The notes: generated by a model from the letters alone, not told the origin. A DNA stretch of 16,588 nucleotides from Planctomycetota bacterium (GCA_038227875.1 JBBRPR010000105.1:1-16588); one strand, 5' to 3'. Positions 8,217 to 15,984 are shown, counted from the first letter of the stretch. Translations and numbers: made by a program.

Positions 8217-9254
8217 ATGAAAGCGTTCGTCACCGGCTCCACGGGATTTCTGGGGATTCATCTGCTGCAGGAGTTGTCGAATGCGGGATGGGAGGTGATC
8301 GCTTTCCATCGCGCGACTTCCGACCTATCGGACGTGCGCGCTATTCCGCGAATTTCCTACGCGGTTGGCGATGTTTTGGACAAAGCATCGATCCAGCGGG
8401 CGATGCCGGAGCACGTCGATGCGGTCTTTCACGCCGCAGGCTCGGTGGGCTTCTTGAAGCCCGGCGATGAACGCGAACAGTACGCCGTCAATCTCGAAGG
8501 CACCCGCAACGTCGTCGAAGTGGCGATCGAAAAAAAGGTCGGCCGGTTTATCGAAACGTCGACGGTGCTGACCTACGACTTCAGCCATGGCCGCCGGGTG
8601 ACGGAGTCATCACCGCGCAACGCCGGAATCCAATACGCCTACATTCATTCCAAATACCTGGCGGAACTGGAAGTGGAGAAGGGGATACTGAAAGGTCTGG
8701 ACGCGGTGGTGCTGCATCCGTCGGCGATTTTTGGCGCGTACGACAAGGCGACCTGGTCGAAAGTTTTTCGCGAAGTTCAGCGCGGACTGCACATTCCGTT
8801 TGCGCCGCCAATGCGCGCCAATCTCTGTCACATGCGAAAAGTTGCGCAGACGCATCTCACTGCGTTTCACAAAGGCCGGCGGTGCGAGCATTACATTCTG
8901 GGCGGCCCGGAGGCGACCATGATGGAGATCGCCACGGAAATTGGAAAGCTGTTGCAACGCCGCGGTCCGCTGTTTGTCCTGCCCGCGCCGATTTTCAAAT
9001 GTCTGGGTCAGATCGAATACCGGCTCTCCACACTTCTCGGCAAGGAGCCGATGGTCACGCCATCGATGGCGGAGATTCTGTGTGACGTGGTGCTGTGCGA
9101 TTCATCAAAAGCCATTCATGAACTCGATTACGACCCGTCTTCCCTGCAGGTCATGCTCCAGGATTGTTACGCCTGGATGGTTCAGGCGAGGTTGCTTCCG
9201 GCGCCTGAAAATCTCCCGCGCCAGACGGCTGAAGTCGGCCTGGCAACGCGGTGA
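8217..9254 (+). CDS. Extended SDR / NAD-dependent epimerase-dehydratase (dihydroflavonol-reductase-like)
   Basis: VTGSTGFLG Rossmann motif, VFHAAG, VNLEGTRNV, catalytic YIHSK (YxxxK), LHPSAIFG; strong RBS GGGAGG upstream. Confidence 0.93.
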   Translation: MKAFVTGSTGFLGIHLLQELSNAGWEVIAFHRATSDLSDVRAIPRISYAVGDVLDKASIQRAMPEHVDAVFHAAGSVGFLKPGDEREQYAVNLEGTRNVVEVAIEKKVGRFIETSTVLTYDFSHGRRVTESSPRNAGIQYAYIHSKYLAELEVEKGILKGLDAVVLHPSAIFGAYDKATWSKVFREVQRGLHIPFAPPMRANLCHMRKVAQTHLTAFHKGRRCEHYILGGPEATMMEIATEIGKLLQRRGPLFVLPAPIFKCLGQIEYRLSTLLGKEPMVTPSMAEILCDVVLCDSSKAIHELDYDPSSLQVMLQDCYAWMVQARLLPAPENLPRQTAEVGLATR

Positions 9255-9269
9255 TAGCGAGGCAGACGC

Positions 9270-10493
9270 ATGTTCAACTCCCTGATCGTTCGCGCCCGGC
9301 TCTTTGACTTTCACGCGAGGCATCTGTGGCGGTTCCACCGGGTTGTGGCCCGCAGACATCTTTCGAAACGATGTTTGAATTGCGCCATCTCGGAAGTCTG
9401 CTCACCACTGGACGCCGCTGGCGTTTGCGCGGAGTGCCGGACTCATCAGGCCAAAGCGCGAAATTCAATTCGGGAGATCACTGCGCCGACAGCCGAACTT
9501 GCCGCGGCATTGACGGCGCTGTTGCGCAATTACGAAGGCGCCGGCAAAGGCGCCTATGATGCGCTGGTCATGCTCAGCGGTGGCAAAGACAGCGCGCTCT
9601 TGATTCACGAACTCCAGCAGCGCCATCCCAAGCTCAGGCTGCTGGCCATGACCATCGACAACAGCTACATGAGTCCCGTCGCACTGCAGAATTGCGCGCG
9701 GATTGTGGATACGCTCAACGTCGATCATGTTTCGGTGCGGCTGGCAAAGTCGGTGTATGCCAAATCTTTTCGCTTTGCCTGTTGCCACGTTGAAGACAAG
9801 AAAGGCGCGTTCGAAACGGTCGACCGGATCGACGCCGACTTGGGATTCTCACAAGCGAAGATCTACGCCGCAACGCACCGGATTCCCCTGCTGCTCAGCG
9901 GACTTTCGTGGACTCAGGTTGAGCGCCTGTTCGGCCTGCAGTCGTTTGAGGTTCCGCAAGAACAGGCGCTGGCGAAAGTGACGTCGACGCTGGGCGTGGA
10001 TCTGAACGAAATCTACGACGCCAGCGAACTTCGCTACTGGTGGGATCCCCAACGCTTCGACAAGGCAGACTGGCCGCGGTTTGTGCATCCCTTTTATGCG
10101 TGGCGGATGGAGGAGCAGGATATTCGTGATCGGGTCGTGAACCTCGGATTGATCAAACCCGGCAACGACAGTCCGTTGCTCACGAACAACGTCTTGATTC
10201 CGATGATGATCGTCGCTGATTTCCACAACCAGGGATACGCGAGTTTCGAACCGGAATTCGCCTGCCTGGTGCGCGAAGGAAAAGCGGCGCGGCTGTTCTG
10301 GCGCAACGTATTTGAAATGCTGGAGTACTCCGCAAAGACGGGTTGGATGCTGGAAAAAGAAATCGACAAACTCGCCAGCAGCATCGGCCTGACCCGGCAC
10401 GACCTGGGAATTAACACCGGGACTTCGCGCAGGACGAGCGCGGAAAGTCAGACAGCGAGTTCTGTACACATTCGCCCACACACAGTGACTTGA
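9270..10493 (+). CDS. PP-loop (adenine nucleotide alpha hydrolase) ATPase related to N-acetyl-sugar amidotransferases
   Basis: N-terminal CLNC...CAEC; YDALVMLSGGKDS PP-loop; LAMTIDNSYMS..A.QN. RBS GAGG; 15 nt after the SDR stop. Substrate unknown. Confidence 0.8.
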   Translation: MFNSLIVRARLFDFHARHLWRFHRVVARRHLSKRCLNCAISEVCSPLDAAGVCAECRTHQAKARNSIREITAPTAELAAALTALLRNYEGAGKGAYDALVMLSGGKDSALLIHELQQRHPKLRLLAMTIDNSYMSPVALQNCARIVDTLNVDHVSVRLAKSVYAKSFRFACCHVEDKKGAFETVDRIDADLGFSQAKIYAATHRIPLLLSGLSWTQVERLFGLQSFEVPQEQALAKVTSTLGVDLNEIYDASELRYWWDPQRFDKADWPRFVHPFYAWRMEEQDIRDRVVNLGLIKPGNDSPLLTNNVLIPMMIVADFHNQGYASFEPEFACLVREGKAARLFWRNVFEMLEYSAKTGWMLEKEIDKLASSIGLTRHDLGINTGTSRRTSAESQTASSVHIRPHTVT

Positions 10494-10541
10494 AAACGCC
10501 ACGGAAACGATTGCGCAGCGCAGGGGAATTCCACGCTTTTA

Positions 10542-10603
10542 AGGAATGACGCCATGTTCGAAGCGACCCAATCGAACGTAATGCAAAACGATAATGACCG
10601 GAA
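10542..10603 (+). repeat. Imperfect direct repeat, copy 2 (copy 1 at 7974-8035)
   Basis: See copy 1; offset 2568 bp. Confidence 0.85.
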
Positions 10604-10892
10604 TGCCGTGTCGTCGCACGGACTGTGGAGCGTGGATCGATGGGGCAGATTATTGGCGGGGAGTGCCATAGTCCTGACGACCGCGCTTGGCATCCTTCAT
10701 CACCCCGCATGGCTAATCGGAACGCTGCTGGCATCCACCAATCTCATTATCACTTCCGTAATCAACCGATGCCCGTTGCATGACCTGTTGATCCGATTCG
10801 GCGCGAAGGAGCGTGAAGATCTGTATCTTCCTGGTGGCGCGGTGCGGCCAACAGTGCGATCACACTCTTCCAACTTCCCGCCAAAAGGATGA
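10554..10892 (+). CDS. DUF2892 / YgaP-like small membrane protein
   Basis: VDRWGRLLAG, two hydrophobic helices, then NRCPLHDLLIRFG (CP motif typical of DUF2892); RBS AAGGA. Confidence 0.8.
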   Translation: MFEATQSNVMQNDNDRNAVSSHGLWSVDRWGRLLAGSAIVLTTALGILHHPAWLIGTLLASTNLIITSVINRCPLHDLLIRFGAKEREDLYLPGGAVRPTVRSHSSNFPPKG

Positions 10893-10926
10893 AGCGAAAC
10901 CGCAATCGAATGCCAGGAGCGGAGAA

Positions 10927-11868
10927 ATGAAAATGCTGACCGGCGAAAATCTTGAAGTTCCTAGCACAGTGCCTGAGTCAAAGCATGCCAGGCGTTCCAC
11001 AGCCGTCTCCCAGGCGTTGAAAAAAATCGACGCCATGCAGAGCGAGATTGCGCCGCATTCATCTGCGAATGTACGGTCGGGCGATGAAAAGTCGAAATGG
11101 CCGGCGATTGAAGAAGAAATTTCTCTAGGTTGCAGAATTCTAGTTGCTTCGGACCGAAAAACGCGTGAGCGTGCCTATGCGCTGGCACACACGGTTTATC
11201 ACAGCGCGGGATATGTTTCCGCAAACGGACACGGGCTATGCGTGTCACCCTACGACGCTACGTCGCAGACCCTGACGCTTCTGTCTGAAGACGCCGATGG
11301 CAACGACCTGGCCACGATTTCGTTGGTATTCGATTCCTCTGAAGGATTGCCGTGCGATGAAATATACGGAGATGAAGTCTCTGCACTGCGCCATCAAGGC
11401 TGCCGAATGGCGGAAGTGACGCGTCTGGCCATTAGCGAGAAATGCCGCGTTAAAAAAGATCTCCTGCTTCGGCTATTCAACTATTGCTACATTTACGCCC
11501 GAATCGTACGAAGGCAGAGCGATTTCCTGATTGAGGTCAATCCGCGGCACGTGGGCTATTACCAGCGGTTGCTCCGTTTTCAGCAGGCCGGTCCAGTGCG
11601 GCCTTGCTCACGCGTAATGGGCGCGCCCGCAGTTTTATTACGCCTGAGCCTTTCGGAAATTGAATCCACCGTAAAAGAATCAGGTTGCACCAAGGGCCGG
11701 GATCTGAACGGTCTTCGCTTGCATCAATATCCCTATTCCAAACCCGAAGAACATGCGATCGCGAACTATCTAGCCAGAAATCACACACCGATGTGCGCGG
11801 GAGATATGAAATATTTCGGAATTGCTGGCGGTGCCAATAACACTTCCTCATACTGGATGATGCGTTGA
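10927..11868 (+). CDS. FeeM-type long-chain N-acyl amino acid synthase (GNAT fold; OxzA-like)
   Basis: RERAYAL...VY...GY, TISLVFDSSEGLPCDEIY..EV..LR..G.RMAEVTRLA, IEVNPRHVGYYQRLL.F...G..R.C.RV.GAPAVLLRL. Start moved from the GTG at 10813 (overlaps DUF2892) to the ATG at 10927 after AGGAG; 10933 is also possible. Confidence 0.88.
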   Translation: MKMLTGENLEVPSTVPESKHARRSTAVSQALKKIDAMQSEIAPHSSANVRSGDEKSKWPAIEEEISLGCRILVASDRKTRERAYALAHTVYHSAGYVSANGHGLCVSPYDATSQTLTLLSEDADGNDLATISLVFDSSEGLPCDEIYGDEVSALRHQGCRMAEVTRLAISEKCRVKKDLLLRLFNYCYIYARIVRRQSDFLIEVNPRHVGYYQRLLRFQQAGPVRPCSRVMGAPAVLLRLSLSEIESTVKESGCTKGRDLNGLRLHQYPYSKPEEHAIANYLARNHTPMCAGDMKYFGIAGGANNTSSYWMMR

Positions 11869-11892
11869 TCACAACCTTGGGATGGGGTGCAC

Positions 11893-12048
11893 ATGAAAAC
11901 AGCAGAAAGCGATTCCAGTCCGGACATAAGCGAATTCTCTGCGCTTTACGAGAAGCAAGCAGTTTCCGCCTACGGCATGGCGCTGCGACTATCCGAAAAT
12001 CGCGCACAGGGTTGGGTGACGATTGATTTTTCGAAGCCTTGTTCCTGA
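11893..12048 (+). pseudogene. Second truncated ECF sigma-factor stub (51 codons)
   Basis: Manual translation MKTAESDSSPDISEFSALYEKQAVSAYGMALRLSENRAQGWVTIDFSKPCS*. EFSALYEK.A..AYGMALRL..NRAQ fits the start of ECF region 2; similarity breaks at about 12009, just before the expected AED..QE motif. Confidence 0.6.
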
Positions 12049-12084
12049 GTTTTCACCGCGTTGCTCAAGCGAAAGGTCATGACC

Positions 12085-13044
12085 ATGATGATTGTGCGGG
12101 AGAACACCACCGCTGAGTCCGACGTCGACCGCGGGTTCAACTACCGCCGCGCGTTTGCGCGTAATCTTGGACTCGTCAGCGTTTCAGAGCAGTCGCGCCT
12201 GCAACACACCCGCGTTGCGCTGGCCGGATTGGGTGGCGTCGGCGGCGGGCACCTGCAGGCGCTGGGGCGGTTGGGCGTCGGCGCGTTCCGCCTCGCCGAT
12301 CCCGATACGTTCGATGTCGTCAACATGAACCGGCAACTCGGCGCGACGATGGCCACCGTGGGCCGCCCCAAGGTCGAGGTCCTCGCCGAAGCCGCGCGCG
12401 CGATCAATCCCGAGGCCGAAGTCGTCGCCTTTCCCGACGGCATCACCCGCGAAAATATCGGCGCGTTTCTCGACGGGGTCGATGTCGCCGTCGACGGTCT
12501 GGAATTTTTCGCAATCGAAATCCGCCGCATGTATTTCCACGAATGCCGCCAGCGCGGCATTCCCATCGTCACCGCCGGACCCATCGGCTACGGCGCGGCA
12601 GTGCTGGTCTTCACGCCCGATGGCATGTCGTTCGACGACTACTTCCGCATCGACGACACGATGACTCGCGCCGAACAACTGATGGCCTTCGGCCTGGGCC
12701 TGGCGCCGGGACTGATCAGCGACGTGGACCCCTCGCGCGTCGACGTTGCCGGAGAAAAAGGACCGGCGCTGGCGTCCGCGTGTTTTCTCTGCGCCGCAGC
12801 CGCCGCGACAGAAGTGCTCAAACTTGTCTGCGGCCGCGGGGCGCTCTCGTCCGCGCCGTTCGGCACATACTACGATCCCTATCGCGGCAAAATATGCGCG
12901 CTGCGGCCGCGTCCGTCGTTGACGCACAGCCTGCGCGGACGCGTGCTGCGCTGGCTGGCGTTCCGCCGCTTCCCCGCGTTTCGCGTCATGCATGAACGCG
13001 AAGTGGCTGCGCGCACCGCGAGCGAAAGGTACGCTCATGCTTGA
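12085..13044 (+). CDS. ThiF/MoeB-family adenylyltransferase (like the N-terminal domain of OxzB)
   Basis: AFARNLGL, GLGGVGG, ADPDTFDVVNMNRQ, GRPKVEV, VDGLEFF. Start placed at the ATG at 12085, 8 nt after GAAAGG; 12079 and 12088 are alternatives. Confidence 0.92.
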   Translation: MMIVRENTTAESDVDRGFNYRRAFARNLGLVSVSEQSRLQHTRVALAGLGGVGGGHLQALGRLGVGAFRLADPDTFDVVNMNRQLGATMATVGRPKVEVLAEAARAINPEAEVVAFPDGITRENIGAFLDGVDVAVDGLEFFAIEIRRMYFHECRQRGIPIVTAGPIGYGAAVLVFTPDGMSFDDYFRIDDTMTRAEQLMAFGLGLAPGLISDVDPSRVDVAGEKGPALASACFLCAAAAATEVLKLVCGRGALSSAPFGTYYDPYRGKICALRPRPSLTHSLRGRVLRWLAFRRFPAFRVMHEREVAARTASERYAHA

Positions 13045-14131
13045 TTGCCCACCGCGCGTCGTGGAACGCGAACTGGTCGCCGCGGATCAGGCCGTGCTGG
13101 AATTGCTGCGTGCCTGCGTCGCAGCGGCGGTGCGCGCACCCTCGGGCGACAATTTGCAGCCGTGGCGCTTTGATGTGGACGCGCTGAACGGCGAGATCGC
13201 CGTCTGCCTCGACGCCTCGCGCGATCGTTCGCCGATGAACGCCGGCCAGAAGATGTCCCGCATCGCCTGCGGCGCCGCCGTACAGAATATTCTGATCGCA
13301 GCAGATGCCGCTGGAGGCAGCGCGACGCTGTTGGACGTTCACGCTAACGATGTCGTCGCGCGAATTCTTGTGCGGCCCGGAAATGGCTCCGTGCGGATGC
13401 CGCGCGCCATCGTCGAACGCGCGACGCACCGCGGTATGTATTCGGGAGAACCGCCGTCGGAAAGCGTTCATGCCGCGTTGGTCGACGCTACGCCGCGCCT
13501 GGATGGCGTGGACACGAATTGGATCTGCGAACCGGAGCGAAAAACCGCGCTGTCAAAATCGATCGGCGCGGCCGACGCGCTGATGTTCGCCAACGCGGCG
13601 ATGCGCACCGCATTTTTCGCGAGCGTTCGATTCGACCGGCCTGCGCGCGAAAGTGTCGACCACGGATTGTCGCTGGCATCGCTGGAACTTTCCGCACCGG
13701 AACGCCTCTCGTTGCCGCTGATGAAGCAGACACCCACGGCGCTCCTGCGGCTCGGCGGCGTTTTTCGCGGCATGAGCGCACATTCGCAGAAACTGGTCGT
13801 CAGCGCATCGGGCCTGTGCGTGATCACGGCGAAAAACGCGTCGGATCGCAGTTGCGTCACCGTCGGCCGCGCTCTGCAGCAGGCATGGCTGGAACTCACG
13901 CGTCGCGGATTCGTCGCGCAGCCGATGATGTCGCTGCTGGTGCTCGCCAACGCGCTTGAAAATGGCGCATCTCACATGCTGGACCGCGCGCAAACCGAAC
14001 AACTGCTCCAGGCATTTCGAGCGGAATTGAATCTCGACGCCCAACCGATGTTTCTGCTGCGCTTCGGCTACGCCGGACCGCACAGCGGCCGCACCGGACG
14101 CCGGCCCACACCGGAGATCTCCGCGCCATGA
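13037..14131 (+). CDS. Nitroreductase-superfamily FMN-dependent oxidoreductase (Acg-like double domain; like the C-terminal domain of OxzB)
   Basis: AVRAPSGDNLQPWRF, IACGAAVQN, ERATHRGMY, GRALQQAWLELT..G...QPM, FLLRFGYA...RT.RRP. ATG at 13037 has its own GAAAGG RBS and overlaps the ThiF end by 8 nt. Confidence 0.88.
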   Translation: MLDCPPRVVERELVAADQAVLELLRACVAAAVRAPSGDNLQPWRFDVDALNGEIAVCLDASRDRSPMNAGQKMSRIACGAAVQNILIAADAAGGSATLLDVHANDVVARILVRPGNGSVRMPRAIVERATHRGMYSGEPPSESVHAALVDATPRLDGVDTNWICEPERKTALSKSIGAADALMFANAAMRTAFFASVRFDRPARESVDHGLSLASLELSAPERLSLPLMKQTPTALLRLGGVFRGMSAHSQKLVVSASGLCVITAKNASDRSCVTVGRALQQAWLELTRRGFVAQPMMSLLVLANALENGASHMLDRAQTEQLLQAFRAELNLDAQPMFLLRFGYAGPHSGRTGRRPTPEISAP

Positions 14132-14396
14132 TGTCCATCGGCTGGCGAAATTTGAAGCGGGATCTGTGGCGGGCGGACTTGCGGTGCTTGCGTCGTCTTC
14201 GCGGTGGTGCTCGTGACGGTCGAAGTCGGGATGTTGATAGGGCTGGTGCGGAATGATCGATCAGTCGAAGGCGTATCTGTGGGTTTCGACTGTTGACGTA
14301 AAGACCTTCGACTTCGCGACGCCGTTCGATCAGCGGAAACGTTATCGCATCGAAGCGGTGCTGGGCGTCGAGCGCGTCAAAGAATTCAACGTTTAA
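14128..14396 (+). pseudogene. Frameshifted, truncated ABC transporter permease (DevC/FtsX/MacB-type) N-terminus
   Basis: ATGA overlap with the nitroreductase stop and a GGAG RBS. Three consecutive segments joined by two frameshifts: MMSIGWRNLKRDLWR / VVFAVVLVTVEVGMLIGLVRN / IDQSKAYLWVSTVDVKTFDFATPFDQRKRYRIEAVLGVERVKEFNV*. Confidence 0.8.
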
Positions 14397-14409
14397 CGTT
14401 ACGTAGACG

Positions 14410-14442
14410 TCGCTCCCGCGCGGGGAGCGAGCCGCGTTTTTT
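14410..14442 (+). terminator. GC-rich hairpin region followed by T6, possible intrinsic terminator
   Basis: TCGCTCCC (14410-14417) pairs with GGGAGCGA (14423-14430). An alternative stem CGCGG/CCGCG (14419-14436) directly precedes TTTTTT (14437-14442). Confidence 0.35.
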
Positions 14443-14552
14443 CGAAGACATATTACCATTGCCGTGGCGACACCGAACGGTTCTGCGCAGGCCGGACTGC
14501 CGATTACCATCGTCGCCGGCGATCACCAGCGCGCTCCCGGCCAACGCTCGAT

Positions 14553-14903
14553 ATGGCCTCGCTTACAGACGCTCTGGCCAAGAAGTTGCAGTCGAAGCCT
14601 GTCTCAGCGATATCACTTGATCTTAAAATTCTGCAACGAGCAGTAAATACGCGATCTGTCGCCGAGATCAAGTCCGACGCGGAGATTATCGCGAAAGGCG
14701 TGGATTGGAATTTGAAGCTTTTGAAGGACGCCGCTCCCGGCAAACGTGTCGAAGCAGCCATAAGACTGAGTGGCTTGCGCGATCCACGCGTCGCAGACGC
14801 GATGCTTGCCATGTTGACGGATCCTGATGGAGGGGTGCGCTCTAGTGCGGTTTTCGTTCTCGATGAGAAGCGCGATCCACGGGCTGTGGATAAGCTTAGT
14901 TAG
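14553..14903 (+). pseudogene. HEAT-repeat (PBS-lyase-like) protein fragment
   Basis: LLKD....KRVEAAIRLSGLRDPRVADAMLAMLTDPDGGVRSSAVFVLDEKRDPRAVDKL ends mid-repeat; no clear RBS. Confidence 0.7.
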
Positions 14904-15033
14904 TTCCTGTTTCCCTGATCGCAGCACAATAAATTTTCATACGAAAAAGTGAATTTTAAAGGCTGTAAAAATTAAGTTTATACGACAATAATCATGGGGG
15001 CAAAAAGCAAAAATGGCGGGGTTTAAGCATAGA

Positions 15034-15174
15034 ATGCGCAAAAAAGCGGTGCGGCAGTTGCCCCTTGATTTCGCGGGCACGCAGAAACTCACGCAGAATT
15101 GGTATGTGCGCTATCGCAACATTCACGAGATTCTGGAGCAGAATCCAGAAGCGCTGGACTTGGTCCACGACGAT
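15034..15174 (+). mobile_element. N-terminal stub of a probable ISNCY-type transposase
   Basis: MRKKAVRQLPLDF...RYRNIHEILEQNPEALDLVHDD resembles, from recall, ISNCY transposase N-termini (MRK....Q.PL....I..ILD.NP.ILDLVH.DL). Preceded by an AT-rich leader (14901-15030); no DDE domain follows. Confidence 0.55.
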
Positions 15175-15285
15175 CGGACTCGAGGGCAAAAGAAACTGAA
15201 ACGCAGACCCAAGTCGGATCCAGTAGCATGGGAGCAAGTTACCACGAACCGCCACGAAACAAACGCCTGGCACCTTGATACGAAG

Positions 15286-15730
15286 CTAGAGGGAGTCGAT
15301 TTCGTGGATCTCCCGAGGGTGAATTACTTCCCAGACCAGCCCGAACGCTGATAAGGTCAAAATGATTAAATAGGAAATATCGAGTTCCCACCAGCGCATT
15401 CCATGGGCTGCAGAACGTTGTTGGGCATGATGATTGTTGTGCCAACCTTCACCAAACGTCAGCAATGCCACCACGGGATTATTGCGGGAATTGTCATCTG
15501 TATGGTAATTTCGATAACCCCAACGATGTGCCACTGAATTCACTAACCAAGTGCCATTGAATCCGAAAACAAGTCGGACGCACATCCCCCACACTATCCA
15601 AGGCCATCCGCCGGCGGCGTAAAGTACGACCGCCACCAAAAGAGAAATGGCTAGACCCCATCGGTCTATCAAAATCAATACCGAATCGTTGGAGAGGTCG
15701 TTAGTGCACTTCTTTGCCCGGTCGTCCTTT
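15286..15730 (-). pseudogene. 3' half of a delta-9-type membrane fatty acid desaturase
   Basis: TWLVNSVAHRWGYRNY..DDNSRNN..VALLTFGEGWHNNHHA..RSAAHG..WWELD with the third His box HNNHH (15427-15441). The first two His boxes are absent; the 5' boundary is approximate. Confidence 0.88.
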
Positions 15731-15984
15731 TCGGCCTTCCGAATAAAGGCGGCGACATTTCGCAGAAGATTTCGAGCAAAACTAAGCCGAAATCTGACGG
15801 GCAATAGGTTTTCCGGGGCGAGCTACGGGACGCCGTCCAGACCCTACCGGGAAAGGGCCCGAAAAAATAAAAAGGGTAATAAAAGACTTATTAGTTTACC
15901 CTGTAAGTTTAACCCGTATAATGGTTTGCAATATTCATGAAAGTTGCCTATGGAAATATTCAAAGTTTGTTCCGGACGGCCAAT

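Noticed and set aside
10813..10926. N-terminal extension of the acyltransferase from the ORF track
   Set aside because: Overlaps DUF2892 by 80 nt; better RBS/ATG pairs exist at 10927 and 10933.
12184..13038. Long antisense ORF (284 aa) and similar shadow ORFs such as 9849..10502, 1875..2456 and 13896..14510
   Set aside because: They lie opposite well-supported genes in GC-rich DNA and show no recognisable motifs.
12085..13044. Ubiquitin-like or CBASS E1 anti-phage component
   Set aside because: No E2, JAB, ubiquitin-like or nucleotide cyclase gene nearby.
12085..14131. RiPP (azole-peptide or microcin C-like) cluster based on ThiF + nitroreductase
   Set aside because: No YcaO and no convincing Cys/Ser/Thr-rich precursor. 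The small ORFs nearby are better explained as sigma and DUF2892 remnants, and the FeeM-type neighbour fits the oxazolone logic better.
14409..14440. CRISPR array
   Set aside because: Only one repeat-like unit, lacking the 3' tail; no spacers or cas genes in the window.
15013..15351. 112-aa ORF as an intact gene
   Set aside because: Appears chimeric: a transposase-like N-terminus reading into unrelated sequence, including the antisense of the desaturase end.
15844..15984. C-terminal tail of the 232-aa IS66 ORF
   Set aside because: Read-through into AT-rich, apparently non-coding DNA with no transposase motifs.
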